Below, piece after piece: positions 9,380 through 19,454 of a stretch of 64,000 bases of DNA. Source of the DNA: Candidatus Chisholmbacteria bacterium (GTDB taxonomy: Bacteria; Patescibacteriota; Microgenomatia; UBA1400; Chisholmbacteraceae); the NCBI GenBank assembly GCA_963704905.1, contig CAVPHZ010000001.1, positions 195,438 through 259,437 on the forward strand. The letters run 5' to 3'. Position 1 is the stretch's first letter. Every line of letters begins with the position of its first letter. The notes below the pieces were generated by a model. That model was not told the DNA's origin, searched no databases, and was given only the letters and a program-made list of their open reading frames with translations. A program made the translations under genes and the position numbers.

Positions 9380-9988
9380 TTATTTTGAATACAACTCTAC
9401 GATTAATTGTTCATTAATGTCTGCGTCAATGTCTTCTCGTTCTGGCATTCGTCCTACTTTTCCAACGATTGCTTTTCTTGAAAGCCAATTGGGAAGTAAT
9501 GGTTTCTTATCGGTGATGAGTGCTGCTAAATGAGGAATTTTTATCGCTTTGTTTCCTAATGTAATTATATCTCCAGTTTTAACTTGGTATGAAGGGATGT
9601 TTATTTTCTTTCCATTGACAACTATATGACCGTGTGTGATGAGTTGTCGTGACATTGTTCTTGTTGGTGCCAATGATAATCGATATACCACATTATCCAG
9701 CCTTCGTTCGAGCAGCCGAAGAAGTTCTTGACCGGTTGCACCTTTTTTCTTGAGAGCTTGTTTAAAATATCTTCGAAATTGCTTCTCGAGAACTCCATAT
9801 GTCCATTTTACTCTTTGTTTTTCTAAGAGTTGTTTGCCATAGTCAGTCATCCGTCTCCTTCCACGACGACCAAGATGGCCGGGGGGAATGCCAATTCTTC
9901 TTTGCAACTTTTGCACGGAGGTTGTTAGCTCTAAGTCCTTTCCAATCCTTCTTGCTTTTTTGTTTTTTGGTCCTGTGTATCTTGCCAT
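9380..9988 (-). CDS. rpsD: 30S ribosomal protein S4
   Basis: MARYTGPKNKKARRIGKDL. Confidence 0.95.
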   Translation of the reverse strand: MARYTGPKNKKARRIGKDLELTTSVQKLQRRIGIPPGHLGRRGRRRMTDYGKQLLEKQRVKWTYGVLEKQFRRYFKQALKKKGATGQELLRLLERRLDNVVYRLSLAPTRTMSRQLITHGHIVVNGKKINIPSYQVKTGDIITLGNKAIKIPHLAALITDKKPLLPNWLSRKAIVGKVGRMPEREDIDADINEQLIVELYSK

Positions 9989-9996
9989 TGTTTTGA

Positions 9997-10398
9997 TTAC
10001 CTATTGTGTTTCTTTTTTCTCGGCCGGGTTCCGTTGTGTGGAATTGGTGTTACATCGGCAATGAGTTTTAACCTTAATCCCGATCCCCGTAATACTCTCA
10101 ATGCTGCATCTCTTCCTGGTCCGGGTCCTTTAATAAATACTTCAATTTCCCTGGCTCCCGCTTTTTTAGCTTCTTCGACAACTCGTGCTATTGCAACGGT
10201 TGCAGCATACGGTGTTGATTTTTTTGAACCAGAAAATCCAGCCGTTCCAGTTGACCCCCAGCACACAGTGTTCCCCTCTGCGTCCGTAAAGGTTGCGAGC
10301 GTGTTATTAAAGGTTGCGGTAATATACATCCTTCCTTTAGGTATATTTTTCACCGCTGATAGTGTAGATTTCTTACTCTTTGTTACTGCTTTTGCCAT
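9997..10398 (-). CDS. rpsK: 30S ribosomal protein S11
   Basis: GRMYITATFNNTLATFTDAEGNTVCWGSTG. Confidence 0.95.
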   Translation of the reverse strand: MAKAVTKSKKSTLSAVKNIPKGRMYITATFNNTLATFTDAEGNTVCWGSTGTAGFSGSKKSTPYAATVAIARVVEEAKKAGAREIEVFIKGPGPGRDAALRVLRGSGLRLKLIADVTPIPHNGTRPRKKKHNR

Positions 10399-10413
10399 AT
10401 CTACTGTTCCTCC

Positions 10414-10815
10414 TTATTTATTAGCTGAGTCAAGCTTTGTTGCTGCTGCCTCTTTCTTCAGTGCACCTACCGTTCTTCGCTTTCCACGTTTTGTTCTGGC
10501 GTTTGTCCTCGTCCTTTGGCCTCTCACTGGAAGGTTTGCACTATGTCGTGATCCTCTATTTGATCCAATTCTTTTTAGTCTTTCAATATTTTCTCGGACT
10601 TGTTTTCTAAGATTCCCTTCGGTGTTAATCTTATCAATTGTTTTTTGGATTCTAGCTGTCTCTTCACCATTTAAATTCTCGGCTCTTTTGTCAGGGTCGA
10701 CCTTAGCTTCAGAAAGAATCTTACTCACGTTACTTTTTCCAACACCATATATGTATGTCAGTGCGGCTTCTATTCTCTTTTTTTCTGGTACGTCTATTCC
10801 TGATATTCTTGGCAT
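10414..10815 (-). CDS. rpsM: 30S ribosomal protein S13
   Basis: MPRISGIDVPEKKRIEAALTYIYGVG. Confidence 0.95.
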   Translation of the reverse strand: MPRISGIDVPEKKRIEAALTYIYGVGKSNVSKILSEAKVDPDKRAENLNGEETARIQKTIDKINTEGNLRKQVRENIERLKRIGSNRGSRHSANLPVRGQRTRTNARTKRGKRRTVGALKKEAAATKLDSANK

Positions 10816-10821
10816 TTTTGC

Positions 10822-10935
10822 TTATCCTTGTCGTTGTTTATGGCGAGGGTTTTCACAAATGACATACACCTTTCCTCTTCGGCGGATAATTTTGCATTTT
10901 AGACATCTTTTTTTTACACTTGCTTTTACCTTCAT
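10822..10935 (-). CDS. rpmJ: 50S ribosomal protein L36 (Zn-ribbon type)
   Basis: Manual translation of the minus strand gives [37 protein letters not shown] (37 aa) with the C-x2-C...C-x4-H pattern. It lies between infA and rpsM as expected. It is below the 60-aa cutoff of the ORF track. Confidence 0.85.
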   Translation of the reverse strand: MKVKASVKKRCLKCKIIRRRGKVYVICENPRHKQRQG

Positions 10936-10938
10936 AGT

Positions 10939-11181
10939 TTATTTGTAGCGAAATATTATTCTCCCCCGAGTCTCATCATATGGTGTTATCTCTATCTTTA
11001 CACGATCTCCCGGCATAACGCGTATTCTATACATTCGCATTTTTCCTGTCAGTGTGCAGAGCACTTGTTTTCCACCTAATTCCTCGGGAGCGTCTTTATC
11101 GAGTTCTACCCGAAACATGGTATTGGGTAACGCTTCTGTTACAATTCCTTCGATTTCTATTGTTTCTTGTCGTTTGGGCAT
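10939..11181 (-). CDS. infA: Translation initiation factor IF-1
   Basis: [18 protein letters not shown]...[21 protein letters not shown]. Confidence 0.9.
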   Translation of the reverse strand: MPKRQETIEIEGIVTEALPNTMFRVELDKDAPEELGGKQVLCTLTGKMRMYRIRVMPGDRVKIEITPYDETRGRIIFRYK

Positions 11182-11242
11182 ATATTATGAAACTCTTATT
11201 TTACCACAATTGTGGTGTATTTTCTCGAGTGATATCTCCTTT

Positions 11243-11989
11243 TTATTCTTTCATTACTGTTAAGTTGATTGGTTCATTTTCTGTCACTAGTATCGTGTCT
11301 TCAAAAACTGCAGCATTCTCACCGTCGATAGTCACAAACGTCCATCCATCATTCTCTAGACGCATTTCCGGGGAGCCTTTCGTATAGATCACTTCGATTG
11401 CCAGTGTCTGACCAGCCACTAACACCGGACTGTTTTTATATTCACCACTTATCACGCAGGGAACTATTGGCTCTTCATGTAATTCTTTTCCAACACCATG
11501 TCCCGTGAGCGATTGACTACATAAATAACCGCTGGCTTCAATCGAATCTTGAATAGATTTTGAAATATCTGCAACTCTGTTTCCTTTTTTGGCCTGCATT
11601 ATTGCATTTTCTAATGATTTTCTGCCAGCTGCTAAAAAACTCTCGTTGGAAGTGTTCTTTTTTCCAACGATAACAGTTGTTGCTGCATCTGTATGATAGC
11701 CATCGAAATATATTCCGATATCTATGGTTACCACATCCCCGTCAGTAATGATTCTTTTATTTGGAATACCATGAACAATTCCATCATTGACGTTGATGCA
11801 TGTAGCATACTGGTAACCTGATACCATCTTAAACGAAGGCTTTCCATTAAACTTATTTATTAGATCTTCAACATACTTATCTATTTCTAGCAAAGATATT
11901 CCTACCTGAATTTTATCGGTAGCCTTGCTTCTTATTTCTGAAAGGAGTTTACCTCCTTTTTTCATCGCAGTTACTTTTTTCGATTTCAA
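11243..11989 (-). CDS. map: Methionine aminopeptidase type I
   Basis: MAP fold motifs including DGDVVTIDIGIYFDGYHTDAATT and HGVGKELHEEP. Confidence 0.9.
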   Translation of the reverse strand: MKSKKVTAMKKGGKLLSEIRSKATDKIQVGISLLEIDKYVEDLINKFNGKPSFKMVSGYQYATCINVNDGIVHGIPNKRIITDGDVVTIDIGIYFDGYHTDAATTVIVGKKNTSNESFLAAGRKSLENAIMQAKKGNRVADISKSIQDSIEASGYLCSQSLTGHGVGKELHEEPIVPCVISGEYKNSPVLVAGQTLAIEVIYTKGSPEMRLENDGWTFVTIDGENAAVFEDTILVTENEPINLTVMKE

Positions 11990-12597
11990 AGTTTGTTGCC
12001 TCTACGATTTTTTCTTAAGTACTTTTGTACTAATTCAACAATCCTTTTGTGAATTTGATTAATTGAACCTTCGCCGTTAACTTTAACTAATATATTTCGC
12101 TCTTTATAATAACGTAGTACCGCTTTTTTACCTCGATTATAATGTTTCAGCCTTTGAATAATTCTTTCGTTTGAGTCGTGTAGCGTTCCATCTGGACTCT
12201 TCCTGCCTCTGCTGAGTAATCGTTTCGAAGATTCTTCTTCTGAAACATCTAGAAATATAACCGCTTCGAGTTCTTGTCCATATTTCTCTACTTTCCTAGC
12301 AAGGAAAATTGCTTGTGTCAGATTGCGAGGAAACCCATCAAGCACCCATCCATGTTTCGTGTCTTCTTCTTTTAGACGCTGCTTCCATAACACGTACATT
12401 TCTGAATCAGCGACATAGTGTCCTTTGCGCAGCGCGTCTCGGCATATTTCTCCCATGATTCCTTTATCTTCCTTTGCATACTTACGGACTAGGTCGCCAG
12501 AAACTAAGTGTGGTATGTTAAGTCTTTTTGCAAGCATTGCTGCCTGAGTTCCTTTTCCCGAACCTTCTGGACCGTAGAAAACGATGTTAATGCTCAT
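11986..12597 (-). CDS. adk: Adenylate kinase
   Basis: IVFYGPEGSGKGTQAAMLAKRLNIPHLVSGDLVR. Confidence 0.9.
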   Translation of the reverse strand: MSINIVFYGPEGSGKGTQAAMLAKRLNIPHLVSGDLVRKYAKEDKGIMGEICRDALRKGHYVADSEMYVLWKQRLKEEDTKHGWVLDGFPRNLTQAIFLARKVEKYGQELEAVIFLDVSEEESSKRLLSRGRKSPDGTLHDSNERIIQRLKHYNRGKKAVLRYYKERNILVKVNGEGSINQIHKRIVELVQKYLRKNRRGNKL

Positions 12598-12620
12598 TGA
12601 TTCCTATCTTCCTTTGATTT

Positions 12621-13940
12621 CTAACTTTCTAAAAACCCTTCATAGCTTCTCATCACCAGCATTGCTTCAAGTTGCTTGGTCGTTTCCAAAACAACAGAGA
12701 CTACAATGAGGATACCGGTTCCACCAATTGTCAGTGTGACTACGTTTGTCATGCTTTGAACTACCGAGGGGAGCACGGCAATAATCCCTAAAAATAATGC
12801 ACCCGCAAGTGTTATTCTGGTTAAGATATAGTTTAAGTATTCCGCTGTTGGTTTCCCTGGACGAATACCTGGAACGAACCCACCGTATTTTTTAATTTCG
12901 TCAGCAATTTTTTCTGGATTAAAGACTACGGCTGTATAAAAGTAGGTAAATCCAATGACTAGGAAAAAGTATACAAGGTTATACACCATGTTCCCTGGAG
13001 TGAATGCTTGAGCGAGGCCTTCTGCGATTCGAACAACCGTTGGATTTGGAACAGTTGCTATAAATCTCCCAGCCAATGATGGGAGCAGCACTAAAGATAC
13101 TGCAAAAATAATGGGAATCACACCTGCCTGATTCACTCGAAGTGGTAAATGTGTGGTTTGACCACCATACATTTTGCTTCCTCTAATTCGTTTCGCGTAT
13201 TGAATCGTCACTTTTCGAACAGCTTCATTGATGTAAACAATACTAGCAATTACGACCACCCCAATGATGGCAAAGATGGATAAGTTAAACACGTTTGTAT
13301 TTGTAGAGATTGCTGCTGTTTGAGCAATTGATACTGGTAAACGACCAATGATTCCGGCGAAGATAAGCATGGATATACCGTTCCCAATTCCATATTCTGA
13401 AATTAACTCTCCAAACCACATAAGAAGAACGGTTCCAGCTGTCATTGTTAACACCAAACTAATGAGTGGAAGTGGGGAGAGTGTTTCAATTATTTGTTGA
13501 TTTCTTAGCAACATATACATACCAAATGCTTGAAGGATTGCGAGTGGCACGGCGGTCATTCGAGTGTATTGATTAATTCTCTCTCTACCAGCTTCACCTT
13601 CTTTGGAAAGTGCCTCAAGACTCGGAAATACCATGGTTAATAGCTGGAAAATAATTGATGCATTAATGTATGGGTTAAGTCCTAAAGCCATAATGGAAAA
13701 GTTAGCTAACGTCCCCCCTGAGAAGATGTCTAATAAGCCTAGAAGCTCATTCTGCTCAAAAAGTGCACGGAGACGATCGGTGTCAACAACAGGAACAGGA
13801 ATGTGAGCGAACAAGCGAAAAATGGCAAACATCAAAGCCGTGAAGATAATTTTGCGTCGTAATTCTACTGTTTTCCAGGCTTGAACTATTGGATCAATTA
13901 TTTTATTCAGCTTTTCCTCCTGCTTTTTTGACCATCTCAC
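12621..13940 (-). CDS. secY: Preprotein translocase subunit SecY
   Basis: 439-aa polytopic membrane protein; [24 protein letters not shown]... Confidence 0.95.
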   Translation of the reverse strand: MRWSKKQEEKLNKIIDPIVQAWKTVELRRKIIFTALMFAIFRLFAHIPVPVVDTDRLRALFEQNELLGLLDIFSGGTLANFSIMALGLNPYINASIIFQLLTMVFPSLEALSKEGEAGRERINQYTRMTAVPLAILQAFGMYMLLRNQQIIETLSPLPLISLVLTMTAGTVLLMWFGELISEYGIGNGISMLIFAGIIGRLPVSIAQTAAISTNTNVFNLSIFAIIGVVVIASIVYINEAVRKVTIQYAKRIRGSKMYGGQTTHLPLRVNQAGVIPIIFAVSLVLLPSLAGRFIATVPNPTVVRIAEGLAQAFTPGNMVYNLVYFFLVIGFTYFYTAVVFNPEKIADEIKKYGGFVPGIRPGKPTAEYLNYILTRITLAGALFLGIIAVLPSVVQSMTNVVTLTIGGTGILIVVSVVLETTKQLEAMLVMRSYEGFLES

Positions 13941-14382
13941 TTGCTCTTTTTGACATCGGGACTCGTACTTTTAATGATGTTTTTATGTCTCCATCTCCTA
14001 GAATTTTCACTCCATATTTTTTCCCCTCTACTTCTTGAATGACACCAGCTTTCGCAAGTGTACTAATTGTCACCTCATCACCTTTTTTAAAGACCGAAAG
14101 GTCCTTGAGGTTCAGAATGACTGGAGAAGGTTTCAATGGTTTGAATCTCCCTTTCCCTCGTGTTTTAGGAAGCCTTCTTATCAATGCGAGTTGTCCACCC
14201 TCAAACCATACTTTGAGCTTTCCTCTGGCTCGTTGTCCCTTGTTTCCACGCGTTGCTGTATGACCACCCTTACCGGATCCGTATCCTCTTCCTACTCGTT
14301 TTTTTCTTCTTGTTGTTGTTTTTAATAAGTTGTCAGAATTCATGATTATTTCCTTTTCATTGTTTATAAATTCTTTTTGCAT
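13903..14382 (-). CDS. rplO: 50S ribosomal protein L15
   Basis: [30 protein letters not shown]. It directly follows rpsE, with no L30 gene between. Confidence 0.9.
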   Translation of the reverse strand: MQKEFINNEKEIIMNSDNLLKTTTRRKKRVGRGYGSGKGGHTATRGNKGQRARGKLKVWFEGGQLALIRRLPKTRGKGRFKPLKPSPVILNLKDLSVFKKGDEVTISTLAKAGVIQEVEGKKYGVKILGDGDIKTSLKVRVPMSKRASEMVKKAGGKAE

Positions 14383-14436
14383 CTTTACTTCGATTTATCT
14401 CTTTTGGGTTTTCTGATATTCTTGAACATGCAAAGA

Positions 14437-14985
14437 TTAGCTCTGCTTTTTGATTATTTGCTCTTCCTTTACTTGAGATTGTTTTTCATTTGTCGAATAA
14501 TTTATATTCCTTTTCTTGGCAATGTTTCGAATTTTCTTTAGTGCTTTAAATGTTGCATGAACATTTGATGCTTTATTGCCGGATCCTAATATTTTGGCGA
14601 CAATATCTCTGATTCCAGCGGCTTCCACTACAGCTCGTACCGCACCCCCTGCAAGCACACCTGTTCCTTCTGGTGCTGGCTTTAAAAGTACTATCGCTGC
14701 GCCTCTTTTTACTTGTATCGGGAACGGTATTGAAGTCTTCCTCATTGGAACTGAGATTAACTCTTTTTTTGCTCTGCGTGTGCCTTTTTTAATCGCCGAG
14801 AGGGTATCAGGAGCTTTTCCAAGCGATACTCCTACTCTTCCTTTGCGATCTCCAACCACAACAAGTGCTGAAAAGCTACTTTTATTTCCACCTTTTGTCT
14901 TTTTTGAAACACGGCTTATCTGAATTACTTTCTCCTCAAATTCTTTAACTTCAGGCGTTTGTTGATACTGATTGTTTTGTCTCAT
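14437..14985 (-). CDS. rpsE: 30S ribosomal protein S5
   Basis: VVVGDRKGRVGVSLGKAPDTLSAIKKG...GTGVLAGGAVRAV. Confidence 0.9.
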   Translation of the reverse strand: MRQNNQYQQTPEVKEFEEKVIQISRVSKKTKGGNKSSFSALVVVGDRKGRVGVSLGKAPDTLSAIKKGTRRAKKELISVPMRKTSIPFPIQVKRGAAIVLLKPAPEGTGVLAGGAVRAVVEAAGIRDIVAKILGSGNKASNVHATFKALKKIRNIAKKRNINYSTNEKQSQVKEEQIIKKQS

Positions 14986-15005
14986 ACGTGTTTATTGGTA
15001 TTAAT

Positions 15006-15356
15006 TTAAAATATTAAACCGCCGTTTTTTGCAGACTCTGCAAGCGCTTTAACTCGTCCATGGTATTTGTTTGGTCCTCTATCAAATACTACTTTTTTGA
15101 TCTTTGCCTTTACTGCTTTGGATGCAATGAGTTCGCCGACAAGTGTTGCTTTATCGATTTTCGTACGTTTTATTTTGCTTTTCTTAATCTCTTTGAGGTC
15201 AGCTTCACTCGCTGATACCAGAGTTGTTCCTTTGTTGTCATCAATTATTTGTGCATAGATTCGCTTCGATGAGCGGAACACATTCAATCTTGGTCTCGTT
15301 GAGTTACTCATCAATTTCTTTCTAATTCTGGTTGTGCGACTTATTTTTGATGACAT
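15006..15356 (-). CDS. rplR: 50S ribosomal protein L18
   Basis: MSSKISRTTRIRKKL...RPRLNVFRSSKRIYAQIIDD. The start was moved to the internal Met at 15356 to avoid a 137-nt overlap with rplF. Confidence 0.85.
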   Translation of the reverse strand: MSSKISRTTRIRKKLMSNSTRPRLNVFRSSKRIYAQIIDDNKGTTLVSASEADLKEIKKSKIKRTKIDKATLVGELIASKAVKAKIKKVVFDRGPNKYHGRVKALAESAKNGGLIF

Positions 15357-15360
15357 TTCT

Positions 15361-15918
15361 TTATGCTCCACCTGATGATCCGACTTTAGCGGCTTTTCCA
15401 GGTTTGCGACGGACCATCTCTCCTTTGTAACGAACTCCTTTTCCTTTGTACGGTTCAGGTTTTCTGAAATTACGGATGTTAGCCGCAACTTGACCAACTT
15501 GTTGTTTGTCTATCCCGTTGACGATGATCTCTTTTTCTCCCTCAGTTTCCAGCGTGATTCCTTCTATAGGTTCTACTTTGACTGGGTGGGAATAACCTAC
15601 ACTGAGTATGAGCGTGTCTCCTTCACTCTTGACACGGTATCCTGTCCCAACCAATTCCAATCTTTTTTCAAACCCTTGTGAAACTCCTTCAACTGCATTT
15701 GCGAGTAATGCTCGCAGTAATCCATGTAATGCATTTGCTTTATCTGTCTCTTTTTTCTTTTTAATTCTTATGGTCTGTTGATCTATTTCTATATTCAATT
15801 CATCAAAGTTTGGAAGTCTTAATTCCCCTTTTGGTCCAGATACGACGAGTTTATTGTCCTCAGTTCTTACTGAAACTCCTTCTGGTATGTTCACTGGTTG
15901 TTTTCCTATTCTTGACAT
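15361..15918 (-). CDS. rplF: 50S ribosomal protein L6
   Basis: MSRIGKQPVNIPEGVSV. Confidence 0.9.
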   Translation of the reverse strand: MSRIGKQPVNIPEGVSVRTEDNKLVVSGPKGELRLPNFDELNIEIDQQTIRIKKKKETDKANALHGLLRALLANAVEGVSQGFEKRLELVGTGYRVKSEGDTLILSVGYSHPVKVEPIEGITLETEGEKEIIVNGIDKQQVGQVAANIRNFRKPEPYKGKGVRYKGEMVRRKPGKAAKVGSSGGA

Positions 15919-15944
15919 TTGTCTACTTGTTCAAAGATTACTAT

Positions 15945-16334
15945 TTACCAGACCCGGCAAATTATTTCCCCACCTATTTTTTGTTTTCTTGCTTGCTCAT
16001 CAGTCATTAATCCCTTGCTGGTCGATACAATCGTACTACCGACACCTCCGAGGGTCTTGGGAATGTTGTTCGCACGAGCGTATAATCGCCTCCCTGGTTT
16101 GGATATTCGTTCAATCCCATCAATTGCTGGTAATTTTCCTATGTACCTGAGTTTTATATGCATCATTTTTTTTGGTTTGTTATCCTTCATTTCTATGCTG
16201 TTAAGATACCCCTTGGTTTTTAATATCTGAGCAAGCTGTTCTTTTAATTCAGAATGTGGCACTTCAACTGAACTATGCTTAGCCATGTATGCATTACGAA
16301 TCCTGGTGAGCATATCAGAAATTGGATCGGTCAT
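15945..16334 (-). CDS. rpsH: 30S ribosomal protein S8
   Basis: MTDPISDMLTRIRNA. Confidence 0.95.
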   Translation of the reverse strand: MTDPISDMLTRIRNAYMAKHSSVEVPHSELKEQLAQILKTKGYLNSIEMKDNKPKKMMHIKLRYIGKLPAIDGIERISKPGRRLYARANNIPKTLGGVGSTIVSTSKGLMTDEQARKQKIGGEIICRVW

Positions 16335-16362
16335 ATGTTACACCTCCACAGGTTTTTTATTG

Positions 16363-16548
16363 CTACCAACTTGCTTTCGTTACTCCTGGTAGTTCTCCTT
16401 TATTTGCTAGTTCTCTAAAACACAGTCGACAGAGTCCGAAGTGTCGAATAAATGCTCGTGGTCTTCCACATAATTGACATCGATTCAGTTTCCTTGATGA
16501 ATATTTCGGTTTATTTTGATTTTTTACAATTTTTGATGTCTTCGCCAT
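16363..16548 (-). CDS. rpsZ: 30S ribosomal protein S14, type Z (zinc-binding)
   Basis: 61 aa; [26 protein letters not shown]. Confidence 0.9.
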   Translation of the reverse strand: MAKTSKIVKNQNKPKYSSRKLNRCQLCGRPRAFIRHFGLCRLCFRELANKGELPGVTKASW

Positions 16549-17151
16549 TTAATTCTCCTTCATTTTTTTGGTTTCGCTTGGTATCTTTTCAAAAGGCATA
16601 CCCAATAACTCGAGCAATCGAGTAGCATTTTCATTATCGCTGGTTGAGGTTACGATGGTTATTTCAAATCCTCGGACTTTATCGATTTTATCGTAGTTAA
16701 CCTCTGGAAATATCAGCTGTTCTGAAAGTCCTATTGAATAATTTCCTTGCCCATCAAATGCCTTACGTTTAGTTCCCTGAAAATCTCTAACTCTTGGTAG
16801 GGCAATGGATATGAGTTTATCAAAAAAATCGTACATTCTATTTCCTCGTAATGTTACTTTGAGTCCGATAGGATCACCGGCTCTCAATTTGAATCCTGCT
16901 ATTGATTGCTTGGCTTTCGTTACAACAGGTTGTTGTCCAGTTATGAGAGCTAATTGATCAGCCATGTTCTTCAATGCTTCTTGTTGATTTTGTTCCTGAC
17001 TGATTCCGACGTTAATTACGATTTTGACGAGTCTTGGAACTGCATGATCGTTTTTTTGCCCAAGTTCTTTCTTAAGTTTGGGTATGACGTTTTTTTGATA
17101 TGATTTTTTTAGTCTATTCATATTTCTTGTTGTTAGATTTCTTTTCCACAC
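16549..17151 (-). CDS. rplE: 50S ribosomal protein L5
   Basis: NRLKKSYQKNVIPKLKKELG...NYSIGLSEQLIFPE. Confidence 0.95.
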   Translation of the reverse strand: MWKRNLTTRNMNRLKKSYQKNVIPKLKKELGQKNDHAVPRLVKIVINVGISQEQNQQEALKNMADQLALITGQQPVVTKAKQSIAGFKLRAGDPIGLKVTLRGNRMYDFFDKLISIALPRVRDFQGTKRKAFDGQGNYSIGLSEQLIFPEVNYDKIDKVRGFEITIVTSTSDNENATRLLELLGMPFEKIPSETKKMKEN

Positions 17152-17441
17152 TTACGGCAAATACGTGTCTTTTCTCCTTTTTCATCAAGTTGATATCCCA
17201 CCCTTGATTGTTGTTTACACTTTTGACAGATCAGTGCGACACTCGCCACTGAAATTGGTTTTTGAATGTCAATAATCCCTCCAGGTTTTCCTTCACCCTG
17301 TGATTTCGCATGCTTCTTATACATATTTACACCTTCAACCACAACTTTTTCCTGCTTAAGGTTCATTTGCTGAATTTTTCCTTCTTTTCCTTTGTCTTTT
17401 CCGGCAGTTATTTTTACGGTATCACCGACTTTGAGTTTCAT
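17133..17441 (-). CDS. rplX: 50S ribosomal protein L24 with a C-terminal Cys4 zinc ribbon
   Basis: MKLKVGDTVKITAGKDKGKEGKI; the C-terminus reads CQKCKQQSRVGY...RICRKCGKEI. Confidence 0.85.
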   Translation of the reverse strand: MKLKVGDTVKITAGKDKGKEGKIQQMNLKQEKVVVEGVNMYKKHAKSQGEGKPGGIIDIQKPISVASVALICQKCKQQSRVGYQLDEKGEKTRICRKCGKEI

Positions 17442-17463
17442 GTTAATTAACTTTTTCTATTTG

Positions 17464-17838
17464 CTATAGCACCTCTGGCGCTAGTGATGCTATTTTTGCG
17501 TATCCTGCTTCTTTTACTTCTCTTGCAATTGGACCAAATATTCTCGTTCCTTTTGGGTTTTTATTCTTCATCGTATCGATAATTACTGCGGCATTGTCAT
17601 CGAAACGAATATAGCTACCATCAGGTCGTCTGAGTTCTTTTTTAGTTCTCACCACAACCGCTTTGACTATCTCACCTTTTTTCACTTGACCTTGAGGATC
17701 TGCAGCTATGACTGAGGCGGTAACGATATCACTCACTTTACCAAACTTCCTTTTAGATCCACCGTGGACGAGAATGACCCTTAAGGATTTTGCCCCTGAG
17801 TTATCTGCGGGAATGAGTTTTGACCGTAGTTGAATCAT
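17464..17838 (-). CDS. rplN: 50S ribosomal protein L14
   Basis: [22 protein letters not shown]. Confidence 0.95.
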   Translation of the reverse strand: MIQLRSKLIPADNSGAKSLRVILVHGGSKRKFGKVSDIVTASVIAADPQGQVKKGEIVKAVVVRTKKELRRPDGSYIRFDDNAAVIIDTMKNKNPKGTRIFGPIAREVKEAGYAKIASLAPEVL

Positions 17839-17840
17839 AA

Positions 17841-18119
17841 TTATTTATTATTTGACTTCTTCTTTGTGTCCTTTACTCTTTTTGGCTCTGTTGCGTTCGC
17901 ATTCTCAACTATTTTCCATTTCTTTCTTTTACTTATTGGCTTTGTCTCTGCAATGATGACTGTATCTCCGATACTTACTCCAAGATCGTCGTGTGCAAGG
18001 TATTTTTTATTTCGTTTAATGATTTTTTTGTACAACGGGTGGCGCCATCTGCGTTCGACGATCACCACGACTGTTTTTTCCATTTTTGTGCTGGTTACTT
18101 TACCTTCCAATGTTTTCAC
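17841..18119 (-). CDS. rpsQ: 30S ribosomal protein S17
   Basis: [29 protein letters not shown]. Confidence 0.9.
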   Translation of the reverse strand: MKTLEGKVTSTKMEKTVVVIVERRWRHPLYKKIIKRNKKYLAHDDLGVSIGDTVIIAETKPISKRKKWKIVENANATEPKRVKDTKKKSNNK

Positions 18120-18352
18120 TGCACTCCTTTTTTGGCTCGATCTTCATTATTCTCTAATAATAGTTTTTCTTTCATTATTGTGGTTATAACTGCTATTTCT
18201 TTTCTTTTTTTCTTGTATTCGTGTAGATCTTTTAGTTTTCCTGCTTGTTTATGAAGCCGTAACTTAGTTGCTTCAATCTGCTCTTTTTCTAGCCGTTTAG
18301 TTAAGGTATCAAGTGATTGATCTCGTAGTTTTTGCTTTTCTTGTTTTTTCAT
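18116..18352 (-). CDS. rpmC: 50S ribosomal protein L29
   Basis: 78 aa, coiled-coil, between rplP and rpsQ. Confidence 0.85.
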   Translation of the reverse strand: MKKQEKQKLRDQSLDTLTKRLEKEQIEATKLRLHKQAGKLKDLHEYKKKRKEIAVITTIMKEKLLLENNEDRAKKGVQ

Positions 18353-18363
18353 GTTTTCTCTAA

Positions 18364-18771
18364 TTAATCACGAGTAACGAATCTTGTTTTTACCGGTAAT
18401 TTATGCGCAGCTCTATTAAATGCCTCTTTAGCAATCTCTTCGCTCACTCCAGCGAGTTCAAATATCACCCTTCCAGGTTTCACTGGAATAACATACTCTT
18501 CAATGTCGCCTTTTCCGGAACCCATTTTTGAACCTGCGGCTTTTTTCGTAATCGGTTTATCAGGAAAGATGCGAATCCAAACTTTTCCAGTTCTTTTTGT
18601 TTGATGTGCTATAGCTCTTCGAGCGGCTTCTATTTGTCTCGATGTAATCCAGCCGCGACCTAAGCTTTTTATACCAAACTCACCAAAACTTACATTTGCT
18701 CCACGAAGAGAATTTCCTTTCATTGTGCCTCTAAACTCTTTCCGGTATTTCCTTTTTTTTGGTTGTAACAT
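18364..18771 (-). CDS. rplP: 50S ribosomal protein L16
   Basis: [15 protein letters not shown]. Confidence 0.95.
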   Translation of the reverse strand: MLQPKKRKYRKEFRGTMKGNSLRGANVSFGEFGIKSLGRGWITSRQIEAARRAIAHQTKRTGKVWIRIFPDKPITKKAAGSKMGSGKGDIEEYVIPVKPGRVIFELAGVSEEIAKEAFNRAAHKLPVKTRFVTRD

Positions 18772-18774
18772 TTT

Positions 18775-19452
18775 TTATTCCCCAGCTTCTCTAGTTTTTG
18801 TTTGTCGCTCTCCCAGAAAGATCCACACTTTTACACCAATGTAACCTGATTTGGTTAGTGAAGGTACTTGCGAATAACTAATATCGGCTCGGAGCGTTTG
18901 TGTTGGAATAGATCCTCGTGAGTACTTTTCAGTTCTGCTAATTTCAGCTCCAGCTATCCGACCAGCGAGTACTATCTTTATCCCCTTTGCTCCTGAGTTC
19001 ATTGACCTGTCAATGGCTTGAGAGACTGCTCGTCTATGAGGATATCTTTTTTCAAGTTGCTCCGCTATCCTTTGTGCGACAAGTTTTGCATTTAGGTCTG
19101 GATTTTTAACTTCAACAATATCATCGATGATGACTTTTCGGCTTTTTGGATCATTTGGATTTATTTTCAAAAGCTTCATTACATCTTCTTTCAGTATTTC
19201 TAGTGAGGTTCCACCTCTTCCGATAACAACTCCTGGTCTTGATACATTTAGAATAATCCGTGTGGCATTAATTGAGCGTTCGATTTCAATTTTCGTTACT
19301 CCTGCGAGTTTTAATCGCTCATTGATGAATTTTCTTAATTTTGCATCCTCTAGTACCTGTTTTGCGTATACTTCTTTGGTTGCAAACCAGCGCGAGCTGT
19401 GAACGTAAATATTTCCGAGTCTAAAGGCAAATGGATTTACTTTTTGTCCCAT
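18775..19452 (-). CDS. rpsC: 30S ribosomal protein S3
   Basis: MGQKVNPFAFRLG; KH domain. Confidence 0.95.
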   Translation of the reverse strand: MGQKVNPFAFRLGNIYVHSSRWFATKEVYAKQVLEDAKLRKFINERLKLAGVTKIEIERSINATRIILNVSRPGVVIGRGGTSLEILKEDVMKLLKINPNDPKSRKVIIDDIVEVKNPDLNAKLVAQRIAEQLEKRYPHRRAVSQAIDRSMNSGAKGIKIVLAGRIAGAEISRTEKYSRGSIPTQTLRADISYSQVPSLTKSGYIGVKVWIFLGERQTKTREAGE

Positions 19453-19454
19453 GG

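Noticed and set aside
10004-10948. A 314-aa plus-strand ORF, and many other 60-160-aa ORFs in the track that lie antisense to ribosomal protein, rpoB/C, fusA, dnaK and similar genes.
   Set aside because: They lie antisense to strongly conserved genes, are low-complexity (Ser/Phe/Leu-rich) and have no recognisable motifs. They are typical spurious antisense ORFs in AT-rich DNA.
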